A stretch of DNA of 64,000 nt, taken from assembly GCA_049840735.1 (NCBI GenBank), contig JASGJN010000019.1, positions 1 through 64,000 of the forward strand, read 5' to 3'. Source of the DNA: Anaeromyxobacter sp. Lineage in GTDB: Bacteria; Myxococcota; Myxococcia; Myxococcales; Anaeromyxobacteraceae. Of this stretch, positions 12,047 through 22,913 are shown piece after piece; the stretch's first letter is position 1; the number at the start of each line of letters is the position of its first letter. The notes beneath the pieces are model-generated. The model saw only the letters and a list, made by a program, of their open reading frames with translations, was not told where the DNA came from and did not search any database. The position numbers and the translations under genes were made by a program.

Positions 12047-15019
12047 CTACGGCGGGGGATGCGAGGCCAACCACGCGTCCAACTCTTTGAACTCACTGCT
12101 GGTCTTCAGATCGCCGACCAGATCACGCGCGTCTTTGGCGAGTTGCGCGGCTTCGGCCTTTTTTCCGGCTGCAAGTGCCGTTTGAGCGGCGACCAGACCG
12201 ATTCGGGCGCGCGTGGTGCGTTCCGGTTTGAGCGGCGCGTAGAGCTTTTGCGCTTCATCGACGGCGGCCTGCGCGGACTTCGTCTGGTTCAACAACAGCA
12301 ACGCGCGCGCACGAAGCAGCAGCACATCGGCGAGCCGCGAATCGGCGTCTGAATGCGTGCGCCATTCTTTGTCGAGGGACGTGAGGATCGCGTCGGCTGA
12401 CTTTCCATCTTTCCGCGCGATGAAGATCGTCGCTTCCATCTCGCGCTGCCAGAGCACGTCGTCTTCAGTCGGGCCGAGCTGCGCTTCGAATGCGCGCAAC
12501 GCAGTTCGACTCCACGTCAGCGCGGCATCGAGTCGATTCGCAGCGAGTTCGAGCGATGCGAGTTCGTTCGCGGCGTTCGCGGCCTCGAGTGATGCCGGAA
12601 CCTGCGCGTCGTAGAGCGCCGTGCGCAACGTGCGCGCTTCGTCGAACTTTTCGAGCCGCTGCAGCAACAGCGCTTCTTCAGCGAGCACCTGCTGCGAGAG
12701 CCGATGTTTTTCGCCCAGCATGTCGCGACGAATTCGATACGCGCGATCGAGCAACGCGAGCGCTTCAGCGGTCTTGCCGAGTTCGAAAACCGCCATCGCG
12801 CGATTCTCGAGTGCGTCAGCGACTTTGGGATGACCTCCGCCGAGCACGGCTTCGTAGATTTCCTGCTGTTCGCGATGGAGCGGCTCCGCGATTTCAGGAT
12901 GCTCACGTTGCCGCGCGACGTAACCGAGATTGCCGAGCGCATCGGCGGTGACGATGTGATGCCGGCCGAACACGGCTTCACGCAACGCGACTGCTTTTTT
13001 GAAATGCGCCTCCGCGTCGTCGAAGCGGCCGCGATCGATGTCGAGCACGCCGCGCGAATTCTCGAGCTGCGCCTCGAAGTCTTGCCGGCCGGTGCGGAGC
13101 ACGAGCTCGCTGGTCAATTCGGAGGCGAGCTGCGCTTCGTCAGGAAAACCCAATCGGCTCACGATGAAGAACAACGACGCACCTGATTGCGCAGCGAGTT
13201 CGAAATCGCGTGCGACGACGGCCGTCGACAACGCACGCCGCGCTTCTTCACGCGCAGAACGCAGATCGCCTTCCTGCTTGAACAACTGCCCGCGTGCGAA
13301 CGCGTATTCCGCAGCGAGCCGGCGGAAGTTGAGTTCACGCACCGGCGTCTCGAGCACATCAAGCTGCGTGCGCGCTTCTGGGTACTGACCCAAATCGATG
13401 AACGTGCGCGCGGTGAGCACGCGGTCGCGCAACGAAGACGCTTCTTCAGCCTTCGCAGGCGGAGGCGCTTCCACCGACAACAACGACTCGACGGGCAAGC
13501 AGTCATGCGCCGCGGGACTTTGATCGAGCGCTTCGAGTGCAGCCGCAGACTTCGCAGGTTCGCTCGACACCAATTGATCGATCACCTGCTCGTAGCGGCG
13601 CTGCTGACGACGCAGACAATCGTTTCGCAACGCGAGCACTTCAGGCGGTTGCTCTTTTCGCTCGTGCGTTTCGACACACGCGGTCTGCCACGCTTCGGCC
13701 CATTGCTTCTCGACCGAGTCCGCGAGCGCGAGCGCTGCACCTTCGAGCTTCTGCGTTTTGCGGTGCGAAGAAATGACATCGAGCGCGCCGTGACATGGAG
13801 AACGCGACGCCCACGCAACTCCACTCACTGCCAACACCAGCAAGACCGCCCCAGCGACGAACCACGGCACACGCGAAGGCCGGCGCGCTTTTTCGTATTC
13901 GACGAGCAGCGCATCCATCGTCGGGAAACGCGCAGCGGGATCAATCGAGAGGCCGCGCGTCAGCACCAAGCGCAACGGCCCCGGCAATTCACGAACACCT
14001 TTGAGTGATTCAGGCGTGCGCTCGAACGCCGGCGCTTCACCCTTCTTTCTCGGCTTCGCGAATGGTCGCTTTCCCAGCAGCGCTTCATGCAGCGCTACGC
14101 AGAACGAAAACTGATCCGTCCGTGCATCGAGCGGCGCTGCTGCCCATTGCTCCGGAGACATGTACGCCGGAGTTCCGATGACGGCTCCGACTTGAGTCAC
14201 CGACGCCGAGGTCGACGGGCGCGAGTGCGAGCTCGATGACGACGATGAATCATCATCTGAAGACGCCGACGCGAGTTCTGCAGCGGGGTCCGTATCTCCG
14301 CTGAACCGCGCGAGACCGAAGTCGGTGACGCGCGCGAGGCCTTCTTTGTCGAGCAACACGTTGTCGGGTTTGAAGTCGCGATGAACGACTCCGACGCGAT
14401 GAGCTGCGGCGAGACCGCGCGCCGATTCTGAAAACACGCGCAGAATTTCAACACGCGGGTGCGGCTGCTTGAGCCAGGTCTTCAACGTCGAACCCGGCAC
14501 GTATTCCATCGCGACGTACGGCCGGCCATCGACCTTGCCGGTGTCGTAGACGGTGACCACGTGGCGATCGACCGCGCGCGCCAACGCCTGCGCTTCACGT
14601 TCGAGTCGAACTTCCAACGTGTCATCACCCGGCCGGCGCTGCGCGAGCTTCACGGCGACTCGACGATCCAACGCCGGGTCATACGCGAGCAGCACTTCGC
14701 CCATGCCGCCGACGCCGAGGGTTTCGAGAACGAGGTAGCGACCGATGCGCTGCCCGGTGACCGGCTCGGGCTCGACCGGCTTCGGAGGCTCGGGGCGAAC
14801 CTGCCGGCGTTCTGCAGCGCGTGGAGACACGTTCGCCGTCACCGCGGCTGCTTCTTCCGCCGTCGCCGCCTCCGCGTGTTCAGCGCGCGCTTCACCGGCG
14901 ATCTTCTGGCAGTCGGCGCACGTCGAGAGATGCGTCGCGAAGTACTCGCGCGTGGGCGCATCCAAGCGGCCGGCTGCGTACTCCTGCCAGGCCTCCGGTG
15001 AAGGGCACCGTGGCGACAT
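12047..15019 (-). CDS. Ser/Thr protein kinase with N-terminal HxxxCxxC zinc finger, TM helix and C-terminal TPR repeats
   Basis: HLSTCADC; LGVGGMGEV, VAVK, HRDFKPDN, DFGLA, GTPAYMSPEQ; TM segment; TPR repeats of the G..H..A..L.NL type. Confidence 0.93.
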   Translation of the reverse strand: MSPRCPSPEAWQEYAAGRLDAPTREYFATHLSTCADCQKIAGEARAEHAEAATAEEAAAVTANVSPRAAERRQVRPEPPKPVEPEPVTGQRIGRYLVLETLGVGGMGEVLLAYDPALDRRVAVKLAQRRPGDDTLEVRLEREAQALARAVDRHVVTVYDTGKVDGRPYVAMEYVPGSTLKTWLKQPHPRVEILRVFSESARGLAAAHRVGVVHRDFKPDNVLLDKEGLARVTDFGLARFSGDTDPAAELASASSDDDSSSSSSSHSRPSTSASVTQVGAVIGTPAYMSPEQWAAAPLDARTDQFSFCVALHEALLGKRPFAKPRKKGEAPAFERTPESLKGVRELPGPLRLVLTRGLSIDPAARFPTMDALLVEYEKARRPSRVPWFVAGAVLLVLAVSGVAWASRSPCHGALDVISSHRKTQKLEGAALALADSVEKQWAEAWQTACVETHERKEQPPEVLALRNDCLRRQQRRYEQVIDQLVSSEPAKSAAALEALDQSPAAHDCLPVESLLSVEAPPPAKAEEASSLRDRVLTARTFIDLGQYPEARTQLDVLETPVRELNFRRLAAEYAFARGQLFKQEGDLRSAREEARRALSTAVVARDFELAAQSGASLFFIVSRLGFPDEAQLASELTSELVLRTGRQDFEAQLENSRGVLDIDRGRFDDAEAHFKKAVALREAVFGRHHIVTADALGNLGYVARQREHPEIAEPLHREQQEIYEAVLGGGHPKVADALENRAMAVFELGKTAEALALLDRAYRIRRDMLGEKHRLSQQVLAEEALLLQRLEKFDEARTLRTALYDAQVPASLEAANAANELASLELAANRLDAALTWSRTALRAFEAQLGPTEDDVLWQREMEATIFIARKDGKSADAILTSLDKEWRTHSDADSRLADVLLLRARALLLLNQTKSAQAAVDEAQKLYAPLKPERTTRARIGLVAAQTALAAGKKAEAAQLAKDARDLVGDLKTSSEFKELDAWLASHPPP

Positions 15020-15151
15020 AAAGAAGGAGTGAACTTGTCACACCTCTCGCGAGCGCTCCGTAACGTCGTAAGTCTCTGAATTAACAGACGAACGCGCGAA
15101 TCGCCCCGAGCGGGTAGACGTTGTGCCTACATTCTGCTACTCGCGCCCACC

Positions 15152-16055
15152 ATGCGCAACTTTCTGATGGTGGGGGCAGTTCTTTTCGCAGCGTGCGGTG
15201 TGACTGAAGCCGAAGTGGGCGGGTTCGATGACCTGTCGGCGGCTGACGGTGAGCTTCGGCACGTCGACCCGCAGCTACGTCGTCTACAAGCACGACCAGC
15301 GCAAGTGCGCGGCGCCTGCCTGCCAAGGTTACTGGATCGCCGACATCAACCGCGCGACCACCTCGTGGACGTACGTGACGGGCTTCGAGTTCGTCGACCT
15401 CCTCCCGGAGCACCAGGGCGATGCGACGGGCGCTCCTGATTACGGCGCGGTGCTCTACGGCAAGCTGAGCGCGAAGGACTCGAAGGGCTTCCAGAAGTTC
15501 ATCGTCACCACCGCGTGGCGCGGCATGCCGGGCGCGACCTGGAGCTTCTCCGACACGTTCTACGGCGTCGAAGGCGTCAACGTTCAGTGCATCACCGCGC
15601 CCTGCCCGCAGCTGCGCGCCACCAAGCTGCACACCACGCAGAAGACCGGCGTGAGCAACCTCGACATCGACCTCGCGGTGAAGACGCGCGTCGATGGCAA
15701 CTGGCTCGCGAACCGCGTCATCAACGGCGGCGCGCTGGTGGTCGGCATCATCATGGACGGCGACCGCGTCGGCACCGGCTACGAGAAGGTGCTGGTCGGC
15801 AGCCAGGTGTTCGTGAAGCTCCCTGACCAGACCAAGTCGTGCCCGCGCATCTCGGCGCCGTTCTGCGCGTCGAACAAGATCCCCGTGTGGACGCGCGATG
15901 CCGACCGTTGCCAGGTCTCGGCCGGCTGCGGCGGTGGCGGTGCGTGCGCGCAGTTCGTGCCCACCTGCGACGAGTTCTACGACCTCGTCTCGTGGACCGG
16001 CGGCGAGTTCGCCTGCACGCAGTACGCGTGTGAGCCCTCGTTCTTGCACGACTGA
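15152..16055 (+). CDS. Cys-rich myxobacterial lipoprotein (DUF6748-like); frameshift at ~15256
   Basis: Lipobox LFAAC; DQRKCAAPACQGYW and VQCITAPCP motifs; Cys-rich C-terminus. Confidence 0.7.
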
Positions 16056-16096
16056 TTCACCGTCAATTACCGTTCACGTCTCACTTCGGGGGTCAC

Positions 16097-17165
16097 ATGC
16101 CTGTTCGTCTTGAAGGATCGTCGTCGAATCTGCGGCCGCTTCCTCAAACCGGTGGTTCAGTCACCGTGCAGTCGGGTGACTCCTTGTCGAAGCTCGCGCA
16201 GCGCGCGGGGGTGAGCGTCGACGCACTGGTGGCGGCCAATACGGCGAAGTACCCGTCGCTCGCGACAAACAAGAACGCGATTCAGGTCGGCTGGTCGCTG
16301 ACCGTTCCGAACGGTTCGACGCCTCCGCCGCCTACGGCGCAGACCACGACGAACGCGGGTTGGCAGAACACGGGCGGTACGACGGCTGCTGCGGCGACCG
16401 GCACGGCGACGCGCCCCAACGACATCGGCGCGAAGATGGCGGCTCGGCGGTGCGCAGTCGATCGAAATGCGTTCGCAGAAGCACCTCGATGCGATCGCGA
16501 AGACCGGCGTCGGCACGTATTACGGCGACCACTCGTCGTGGAAGACGATGAGCGCCGAAGAGAAGACGACGTGGATCGCGGAGAACACCAAGCCTGGTGT
16601 GACGCCTCCGTCGCCGTCGAGCATCAAGGAAGCCAGCTGCATCGGCTGGGCGATGGAAAACGTCGGAGCCGCCTACGCTGCAGCCGGTAAATCGGCGCGC
16701 TGGGCGGAGATCATGAAGACGGTCGTCGCCAACGGTTCCAAGGGCACCGACCTCGCGAAGGAACTCAAGAAAGACGGCTGGCAGTCGATCTACTGGAACC
16801 CCGACGCGAAGAACCCGAACGACGGCAACACCGAGCACTCGTTCTCGGCGACGCAAGTCGCGAAGGGCAAGGGGTACTACGGCATCGCCGTCGACGCGCA
16901 GGTCATCAACTACCGGCCGACCGATTCAGACAAGACCAAGCAAGACCTCTCGGGCATCGAGAAGCTGAAGCAGGTGCCCTTCTTCTTCGGTCTGGCCAAA
17001 GGCGGCGTGCACACGTTCGTCGGCCGTCAGGGCGAAGTGAACGAGTTCCACTGGTCGGAAATGCCGAACTCGGAGCACGCGATTCAGCAGACGCCGCTCA
17101 AAGACTGGGGCTGGAACTCGGGCCTCATCATGGTTCCTCCCGGCACGTGGCCGAAGGGTAACTGA
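16097..17165 (+). CDS. LysM-domain protein with putative C-terminal Cys-His catalytic domain; frameshift at ~16450
   Basis: VTVQSGDSLSKLA....V....L..AN.....I.VG..L.VP (LysM); downstream ORF 16467..17165 has SCIGWA and GVHTFVG. Confidence 0.75.
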
Positions 17166-17202
17166 AGCGCTCGGGCGGGCCGAAAATCCTTCGAAAATGT
17201 GA

Positions 17203-17229
17203 TGTCGATCTCAGGTGGCCTTGTTCGTC
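17203..17229 (+). promoter_or_regulatory. ECF42-type promoter
   Basis: TGTCGA (17203-08)-N17-CGTC (17226-29), 40 nt upstream of the DGPF genes and sigma factor. Confidence 0.7.
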
Positions 17230-17268
17230 GTCTGGGTGCAACATCACATCTCTCAAAGGAGCCCACCC

Positions 17269-17646
17269 ATGAAGTTCCTCACGTTCATCAAGCACGCTGA
17301 AAACCCCAACGAAGGCCCTCCGCCCGCCGCGCTGATGGAGGCGATGGGCAAGTTCATCGAAAAGACGATGAAGGAAGGCACGCTGGTCGACACCGGCGGC
17401 CTGCTGCCCACGTCGAAGGCGAAGAAGTTCCGCGTCGTCAAAGGCAAGCTGACCATCACCGACGGCCCGTTCTCGGAGTCGAAGGAAGTCGTCGGCGGCT
17501 GGGCGATGCTCGAAGGCACGCACGAGCAGGCGATGCGCGTCGCGAAGGAATTCGTCGACCTGCACCTCATTCACTGGCCCGAGTTCGAATTCGAATGCGA
17601 GTTCCGCCCGTGCGCGGGGCCCGACGACATGCCCGGCGCGAAGTGA
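17269..17646 (+). CDS. YciI/DGPF family protein
   Basis: TDGPFSESKEVVGGW motif; AGGAG RBS. Confidence 0.9.
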   Translation: MKFLTFIKHAENPNEGPPPAALMEAMGKFIEKTMKEGTLVDTGGLLPTSKAKKFRVVKGKLTITDGPFSESKEVVGGWAMLEGTHEQAMRVAKEFVDLHLIHWPEFEFECEFRPCAGPDDMPGAK

Positions 17647-17677
17647 AACCCACCCGAACCAACACAGGAGAAACGTC

Positions 17678-18103
17678 ATGAAAGTCATGGTCATCGTGAA
17701 GGCGACGAAGAATTCCGAAGCCGGCGTCATGCCCTCGGAAAAGATGCTCTCGGAGATGGGCCGCTTCAACGAAGAGCTGGTGAAGGCCGGCATCATGTTG
17801 GACGGCGACGGTTTGACGCCGAGCTCGCGCGGCAAGCGGGTGCACTTGAGCCACGGCAAGCGCACCGTGGTCGACGGCCCGTTCGCCGAGACCAAAGAAC
17901 TCATCGCCGGTTTCTGGGTCTGGCAGGTGCGCTCGATGGACGAAGCGATGGAATGGGTGCGCCGCTGCCCCGACCCGATGCCGGGTGAAGAGAGCACGCT
18001 CGAGATTCGGCCGTTCTTCTCGCCTGAAGATTTCGGTGCGGCGTTCACGCCCGAACTCCAGGAACGCGACGCGAAGCTGCGCGCGATGTCAGCGAAGAAA
18101 TGA
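17678..18103 (+). CDS. YciI/DGPF family protein
   Basis: VDGPFAETKELIAGFW...CP.P...EIRP motif. Confidence 0.92.
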   Translation: MKVMVIVKATKNSEAGVMPSEKMLSEMGRFNEELVKAGIMLDGDGLTPSSRGKRVHLSHGKRTVVDGPFAETKELIAGFWVWQVRSMDEAMEWVRRCPDPMPGEESTLEIRPFFSPEDFGAAFTPELQERDAKLRAMSAKK

Positions 18104-19337
18104 GTTCGCTCACGCGCGAGGCCGTTGAAGCCGTGTGGCGCATCGAAGCGCCCCGCTTGCTCGGCGGCCTCGCGCGAATGGTGCGCAACGTCGACCGCGC
18201 TGAAGATTTCGCGCAAGAAGCGTTGCTCGCCGCGTTGGAGAAATGGCCGTCGACGGGAATCCCCGAAAACCCCGGTGCGTGGTTGATGACGACCGCAAAG
18301 AACCGCGCGTTCGATGATTCACGGCGGCGCACGTTGACCGACGCGAAGCATGAGGAGTTGCAACACCAGCCTCCCGCGATCATCGGAGATGAACGACGAG
18401 GCGATCGGCGATGACGTGCTGCGCTTGATGTTGGTCGCTTGTCACCCGGTGCTCTCGCGTGAATCGCGTGTAGCGCTGACGCTGCGGCTGGTTGCCGGTT
18501 TGTCGACGGTCGAAATCGCGCGCGCGTTTCTCAGCACCGAAGTGACGATGGCCCAGCGGTTGGTGCGCGCGAAGCGAACGATTGCCGAAGCGCGTGTGCC
18601 CTTCGAAGTGCCGGAAGGCGATGCGCTGCATGCGCGAATTCCTCCGGTGCTCGAGGTCATCTACCTGGTGTTCAACGAGGGTTACTCGGCGACTGCGGGC
18701 GATGACTGGCTGCGGCCGGAATTGTGTGACGAAGCGTTACGGCTCGGGCGTGTGCTCGCCGGACTGCTACCGAATGAACCTGAAGTGCATGGGCTGCTCG
18801 CGCTGATGGAACTGCAGTCGTCGCGCTTCAACGCGCGCGTCGATGCCAACGGTGAACCGGTGCTGCTGATGGATCAGGAGCGCGGGCGCTGGAATCGGCT
18901 CTCGATTTCACGCGGGCTGGCGGCGCTTTCGCGCGCGGAGTCGATGAAGCAGCCGTTGGGCCCGTACACGTTGCAGGCGGCGATCGCGGCGTGTCATGCG
19001 CGTGCGAACGTGGCGGCCACACCGATTGGCAGCGCATCGTCGCGCTATACGACGCGCTCGTTGAACTGACGCAGTCTCCGGTGGTCGAGTCAATCGAGCG
19101 GTCGCGGTGTCGATGGCGTTCGGCGCCGCCGAGGCGCTGCCGTTGCTCGATGAACTCGACGAAGTGCTCAGCGAGTACCACCTGCTGCCGGCAGTGCGCG
19201 GTGACCTGCTTCTGAAACTCGGGAAACGTGAAGACGCGCGGCGAGAGTTTCAGCGAGCCGCGGCGATGGCGACCAACGCACGCGAGAAGTCGTTGTTGAT
19301 GACGCGCGCCGAGAGCTGTGCGGCGCTCAACGCCTAG
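18100..19337 (+). CDS. ECF sigma factor with C-terminal extension (ECF42-like); about three frameshifts
   Basis: AEDFAQEALLAALEKWP..GIPENPGAWL, DDVLRLM..ACHP.L...RVALTLR, YLVFNEGY, LQAAIAACH and YHLLPAVRGDLL.KLG; follows two DGPF genes. Confidence 0.9.
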
Positions 19338-20147
19338 TCACCGCGGGTAGATCCTGCCTTCGACGAGTGCGCCCGACGCGAACTCGCCGCGCCAACGCAG
19401 ATCGAGATGCACGTTCCACTCGCCGGCGTCGGCAGCGCCTTGGTTGACGCTGTCGACTCTGAAGTTCGTCCACTCGCCGACGCGCGCGAACACTTCAGGA
19501 GGAATGGTGAGTTCTCCGTCGCTCGCTGGCGCGCGGCACTGCGCATCGCCGACCTGGGCAATCACCTCGTGCCTCCCTCCTGTCCAACGAACGACGAGCG
19601 GCGAACCGCGGGTCGCTTCGAAGCCACCGTCTGCAAGCGCCAGCGGCTCGAGCACCGTGATGGGGTCAGGGCCCACAACGGAGCTGCTCCACGCGGGCAC
19701 GCCACCATCGACGTCGCTGGCCACGAAGAGCACCGATTCTCCGGTGCTCCACATCGGCTCGCCACTGGTGGTGAGCGCGAACAACGTGCCGCCATCTGGC
19801 CCGTCGAACGGCGGCAGCAGCCGGAAGTACGACGACGGCGACGACACCACGACTTCACTCGCACGCGGGTACGGGCCGATGGGCTCGAGGAGCTGGCAGG
19901 TGACCATCTCGCATGGCCCGAACATCGACCGCGCGCAGACGCGACTCATCTCGGGCCCGTAACTGAGAAAGCCCGACGTTGCGTGCCCTGGAACGCCGTT
20001 GGTGATGACCCACGGGCCGGTTTCCAGCCGCGCTCTCCCGGTGTGCCCGACGTACTCAGCGACCTGCGTTTGCTCGAGCCCGTCGAACAACACCACAGCC
20101 GGGTCGACACAACCTGACAACACCAACGCCCAGATCGCCGCGCGCAT
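19338..20147 (-). CDS. Hypothetical lipoprotein
   Basis: Lipobox VLSGC; fills the gap between neighbouring genes. Confidence 0.6.
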   Translation of the reverse strand: MRAAIWALVLSGCVDPAVVLFDGLEQTQVAEYVGHTGRARLETGPWVITNGVPGHATSGFLSYGPEMSRVCARSMFGPCEMVTCQLLEPIGPYPRASEVVVSSPSSYFRLLPPFDGPDGGTLFALTTSGEPMWSTGESVLFVASDVDGGVPAWSSSVVGPDPITVLEPLALADGGFEATRGSPLVVRWTGGRHEVIAQVGDAQCRAPASDGELTIPPEVFARVGEWTNFRVDSVNQGAADAGEWNVHLDLRWRGEFASGALVEGRIYPR

Positions 20148-20152
20148 GACGG

Positions 20153-20603
20153 CTACGTAGCATCAGCACACCAGTCGAGCATCGCGCGCGGCTCTGCGCG
20201 TTCATCGACGGCAACGTTCAATGCCGTGAGCCGTTCGAGCAGCGCGTTCGTTTCATCGGCTGGAATCTTCGAAGGCCCGATGATGCGCCCGCAAGAAGAA
20301 CGTGCGGCACCCGAACGGGCGCGCTTCGTACACACTGCAGCGTTTGCCGCTCGCATCGAGAAACGGGCACGCACCATCTGCACGCGGCGGAGGCAGCGCG
20401 CGTTTCTCGCGCTTCAAATGCTCCATCAACACGCGCCATTCACTCGGCCAGAGGTACGGCTGCCGCTTCGTCACCGAGAGCTGACAACACTCACCCGACG
20501 CCGGGCACGAATGACGCACCCACGTCTCGGAGGCCTTTCGCAGCACCGCACGCGTCTCGGTCACCGCGCGCCGCCATGCGAGTTCGTCTTCAGCTACGGT
20601 CAC
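20153..20603 (-). CDS. YkgJ-family cysteine-cluster (Zn/Fe-chelating) protein; frameshift at ~20295
   Basis: CPASGECC...CPFLD..GKRCSVYEARPFGCRTF; C-terminus in ORF 20153..20383. Confidence 0.82.
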
Positions 20604-20633
20604 GCGCCCTCACTACCAAAGGAAGACCTTCGA

Positions 20634-21645
20634 ATGTTGCCGGCCCCTCCCGGAGCACAGTGCGCGATTCACAACGGAAACCCCGCGTATGGCGTGTGCG
20701 GCCGCTGCGGCAACTTCATGTGCAATGAATGCTCGGTCGACGGCGCACAGGCGAACTGCCCGACGTGCCGCGAGAAAGAAGCGACGCCGGAATTTCCGTT
20801 CGACGAGAACGCGTCGTTCATCGAGCTTTTCAACCACGTGGTCGAACAATTCAAGCGCGACTCCGCGATGCCGGTGATCGCCGCGGTCATCAGCTTCGGC
20901 ATCGCGATGCTCGGCGGCGCGGTGTCGAACATCTTCATGCAGGGAATCCTCACGTCGGCGGGCGCTGACGTGAACGACCCGAACATGCTGCGCGAACACC
21001 TGACGAAGTTCGCGGTCGCGTTCGGCATCGCCTACATCATCTCGCTGGTGATCCAGACGGCCGCGCAGTCTGTCGCGCTCGGCGTTGCTCTATCGGATGC
21101 TCATCGACATTCTGCATGGCCGCAAAGGCGACCTGTCGCAGATGTTCCGGCAGATCAAAGACGCGCCGAAGTACATCCTGTTGCAGCTCTCGCTGCTCGG
21201 TGTCGGGCTCGGGGTATCGCTCGTGGTGTTGGGCGGAGCAGCGATGCTCATCTTGCGAAGCGTCGGTTTCGACTGGTCGAACCCGTCGGCGACGCGGCCA
21301 GAAGCGTTCCTCACCACCATGCCGATCGCGACCTTCGCCATCGCGATGCTGCTGATCATCGCGTTCACCATCGTGCTCCTGCCGGTGACCATCTTCGCGA
21401 TCCCCGAACTGGTGGTCAGCGGCTGCACGCCGATGGAAGCGGTTCGCCGTTCGCTGCAGCTGGGTGACGGTCAGCGCATCCGCATGTTCGGGTACGGCAT
21501 CATCGCCTTCTTCATCATGCTGCTCGGCTTCTTCGCGTGTTGCGTGGGCGTGCTCGTCGCGTACCCGGTCGTCTACATGCTGTGGGGCGCGCTGTTCCTC
21601 TCGCTGCGCAAGAACGCCGGGTTCCCGAAGTCTGAACTCAAGTGA
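20634..21645 (+). CDS. Membrane protein with N-terminal B-box-like zinc finger; frameshift at ~21083
   Basis: CAIH......CGRCGNFMCNEC.......CPTC followed by multiple TM helices and G..ACCVG. Confidence 0.75.
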
Positions 21646-21646
21646 C

Positions 21647-22817
21647 TCAGAGCACGCGCAACACGAAGCACTTCAGGTAGCGCGTCTCACGGAGCGACAG
21701 GAGCACGGGGTGGTCCTTCCCGGCTCCGCGCTTTTCGATGATCTGCACGCGGCGCTTCGCATCGGCCGCGGCTGAATCGAGCATCTCTTCGAAGCGCTCT
21801 TCGTCGATGTGATGCGTGCAGCTCGCGGTGATGAGAATGCCACCCGGGTTGAGCAACTGCATCGCGCGGAGGTTGATCTCTTTGTACCCGCGCGCCGCTG
21901 CTTCGATGGCGCTCTTGTTCTTCGCGAACGACGGGGGATCCAACACGATGGTGTCGAACTTGCGGCCTTCGTCGAGCGTGTCGCGCAGGAAGTCGAACGC
22001 GTTCGCCGCGACCGCCTTCACGTTGGTGAGTGAATTGCGTTTCGCGTTCGCTTCGATGAGCGCGCACGCAGGCTCGGAGATCTCGACGGCAGTGACGTTC
22101 TTCGCCTTGAGCGCGAGCTGCAGCGCGAAACCGCCCGCGTAGCTGAAGCAATCGAGCGCTTCACCGAACGCCCACTCGCTCGACATCACGTGATTGTCGC
22201 GCTGGTCGAGGAACGCGCCGGTCTTCTGGCCGGTGAGCAGATCGACATCGAGCGTGATGTGGCCTTCGCGATACGAGACGGGACCGTTGAGCGAACCGTG
22301 AAGAATGCCCTTCTCGGGTTCGAGGCCTTCGAGCTTGCGCACGTTTGCGTCGCTGCGATTCACGATCGCCTTCGGCTTGAACTGCGCGAGCAGCAGCCGC
22401 GTGATGGCTTCTTTGCGCTGCTCCGTCGCCTTGTGGAGGAACTGCACCGACAGGTAATCACCGAAACGATCGACCACGAGGCCCGGGAGGAGATCTGCCT
22501 CGCCGTGCACCACGCGATACGCAGTCTCATCAGGTAACGCGCGCCGGCGAAGCGCATCAGCCGCCGCGAGACGCGACGCGAAGAACGCATCGTCGATGAC
22601 CTCGTCGGTCCACGAGAGCCAGCGCAGAGAGAATCTCCGACTCGCGCGAGAAGAACGCCTGCCCGAGCAGCCAGCCCCGGCCATCTTCGACGCGCACGAT
22701 TTCGCCGCCCACGAGGTCAGCGGGCTTCTTCTCGAGGTCGGCCTCGTAGATCGACGGGTGGCCGGCCTTCCAGCGATCGACGCCCTTCTTCGTGATGCGA
22801 ATCGTCGGTTGAGTCAC
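21647..22817 (-). CDS. rlmI: RlmI-family SAM-dependent rRNA methyltransferase; frameshift at ~22635
   Basis: GHP.IY PUA-like start; YRVVHGEADLLPGLVVDRF, GQKTGAFLDQRDN, LDCFSYAGGF, VLDPPSF, DHPV and ETRYLK. Confidence 0.88.
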
Positions 22818-22913
22818 AACGTCGCAAAACCGCATCGACGCGGGCCTGTCCAGTGTCATCGACGCCGTGTCGAAGTGATGGCACGCCGAAGTGCTGGCCC
22901 GTAACTTCCCCCC

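Noticed and set aside
22879..22894. Sigma54 promoter TGGCACG...TGC upstream of zwf
   Set aside because: Spacing is GG-N11-GC, not the required N10; plausible only if an indel error is present
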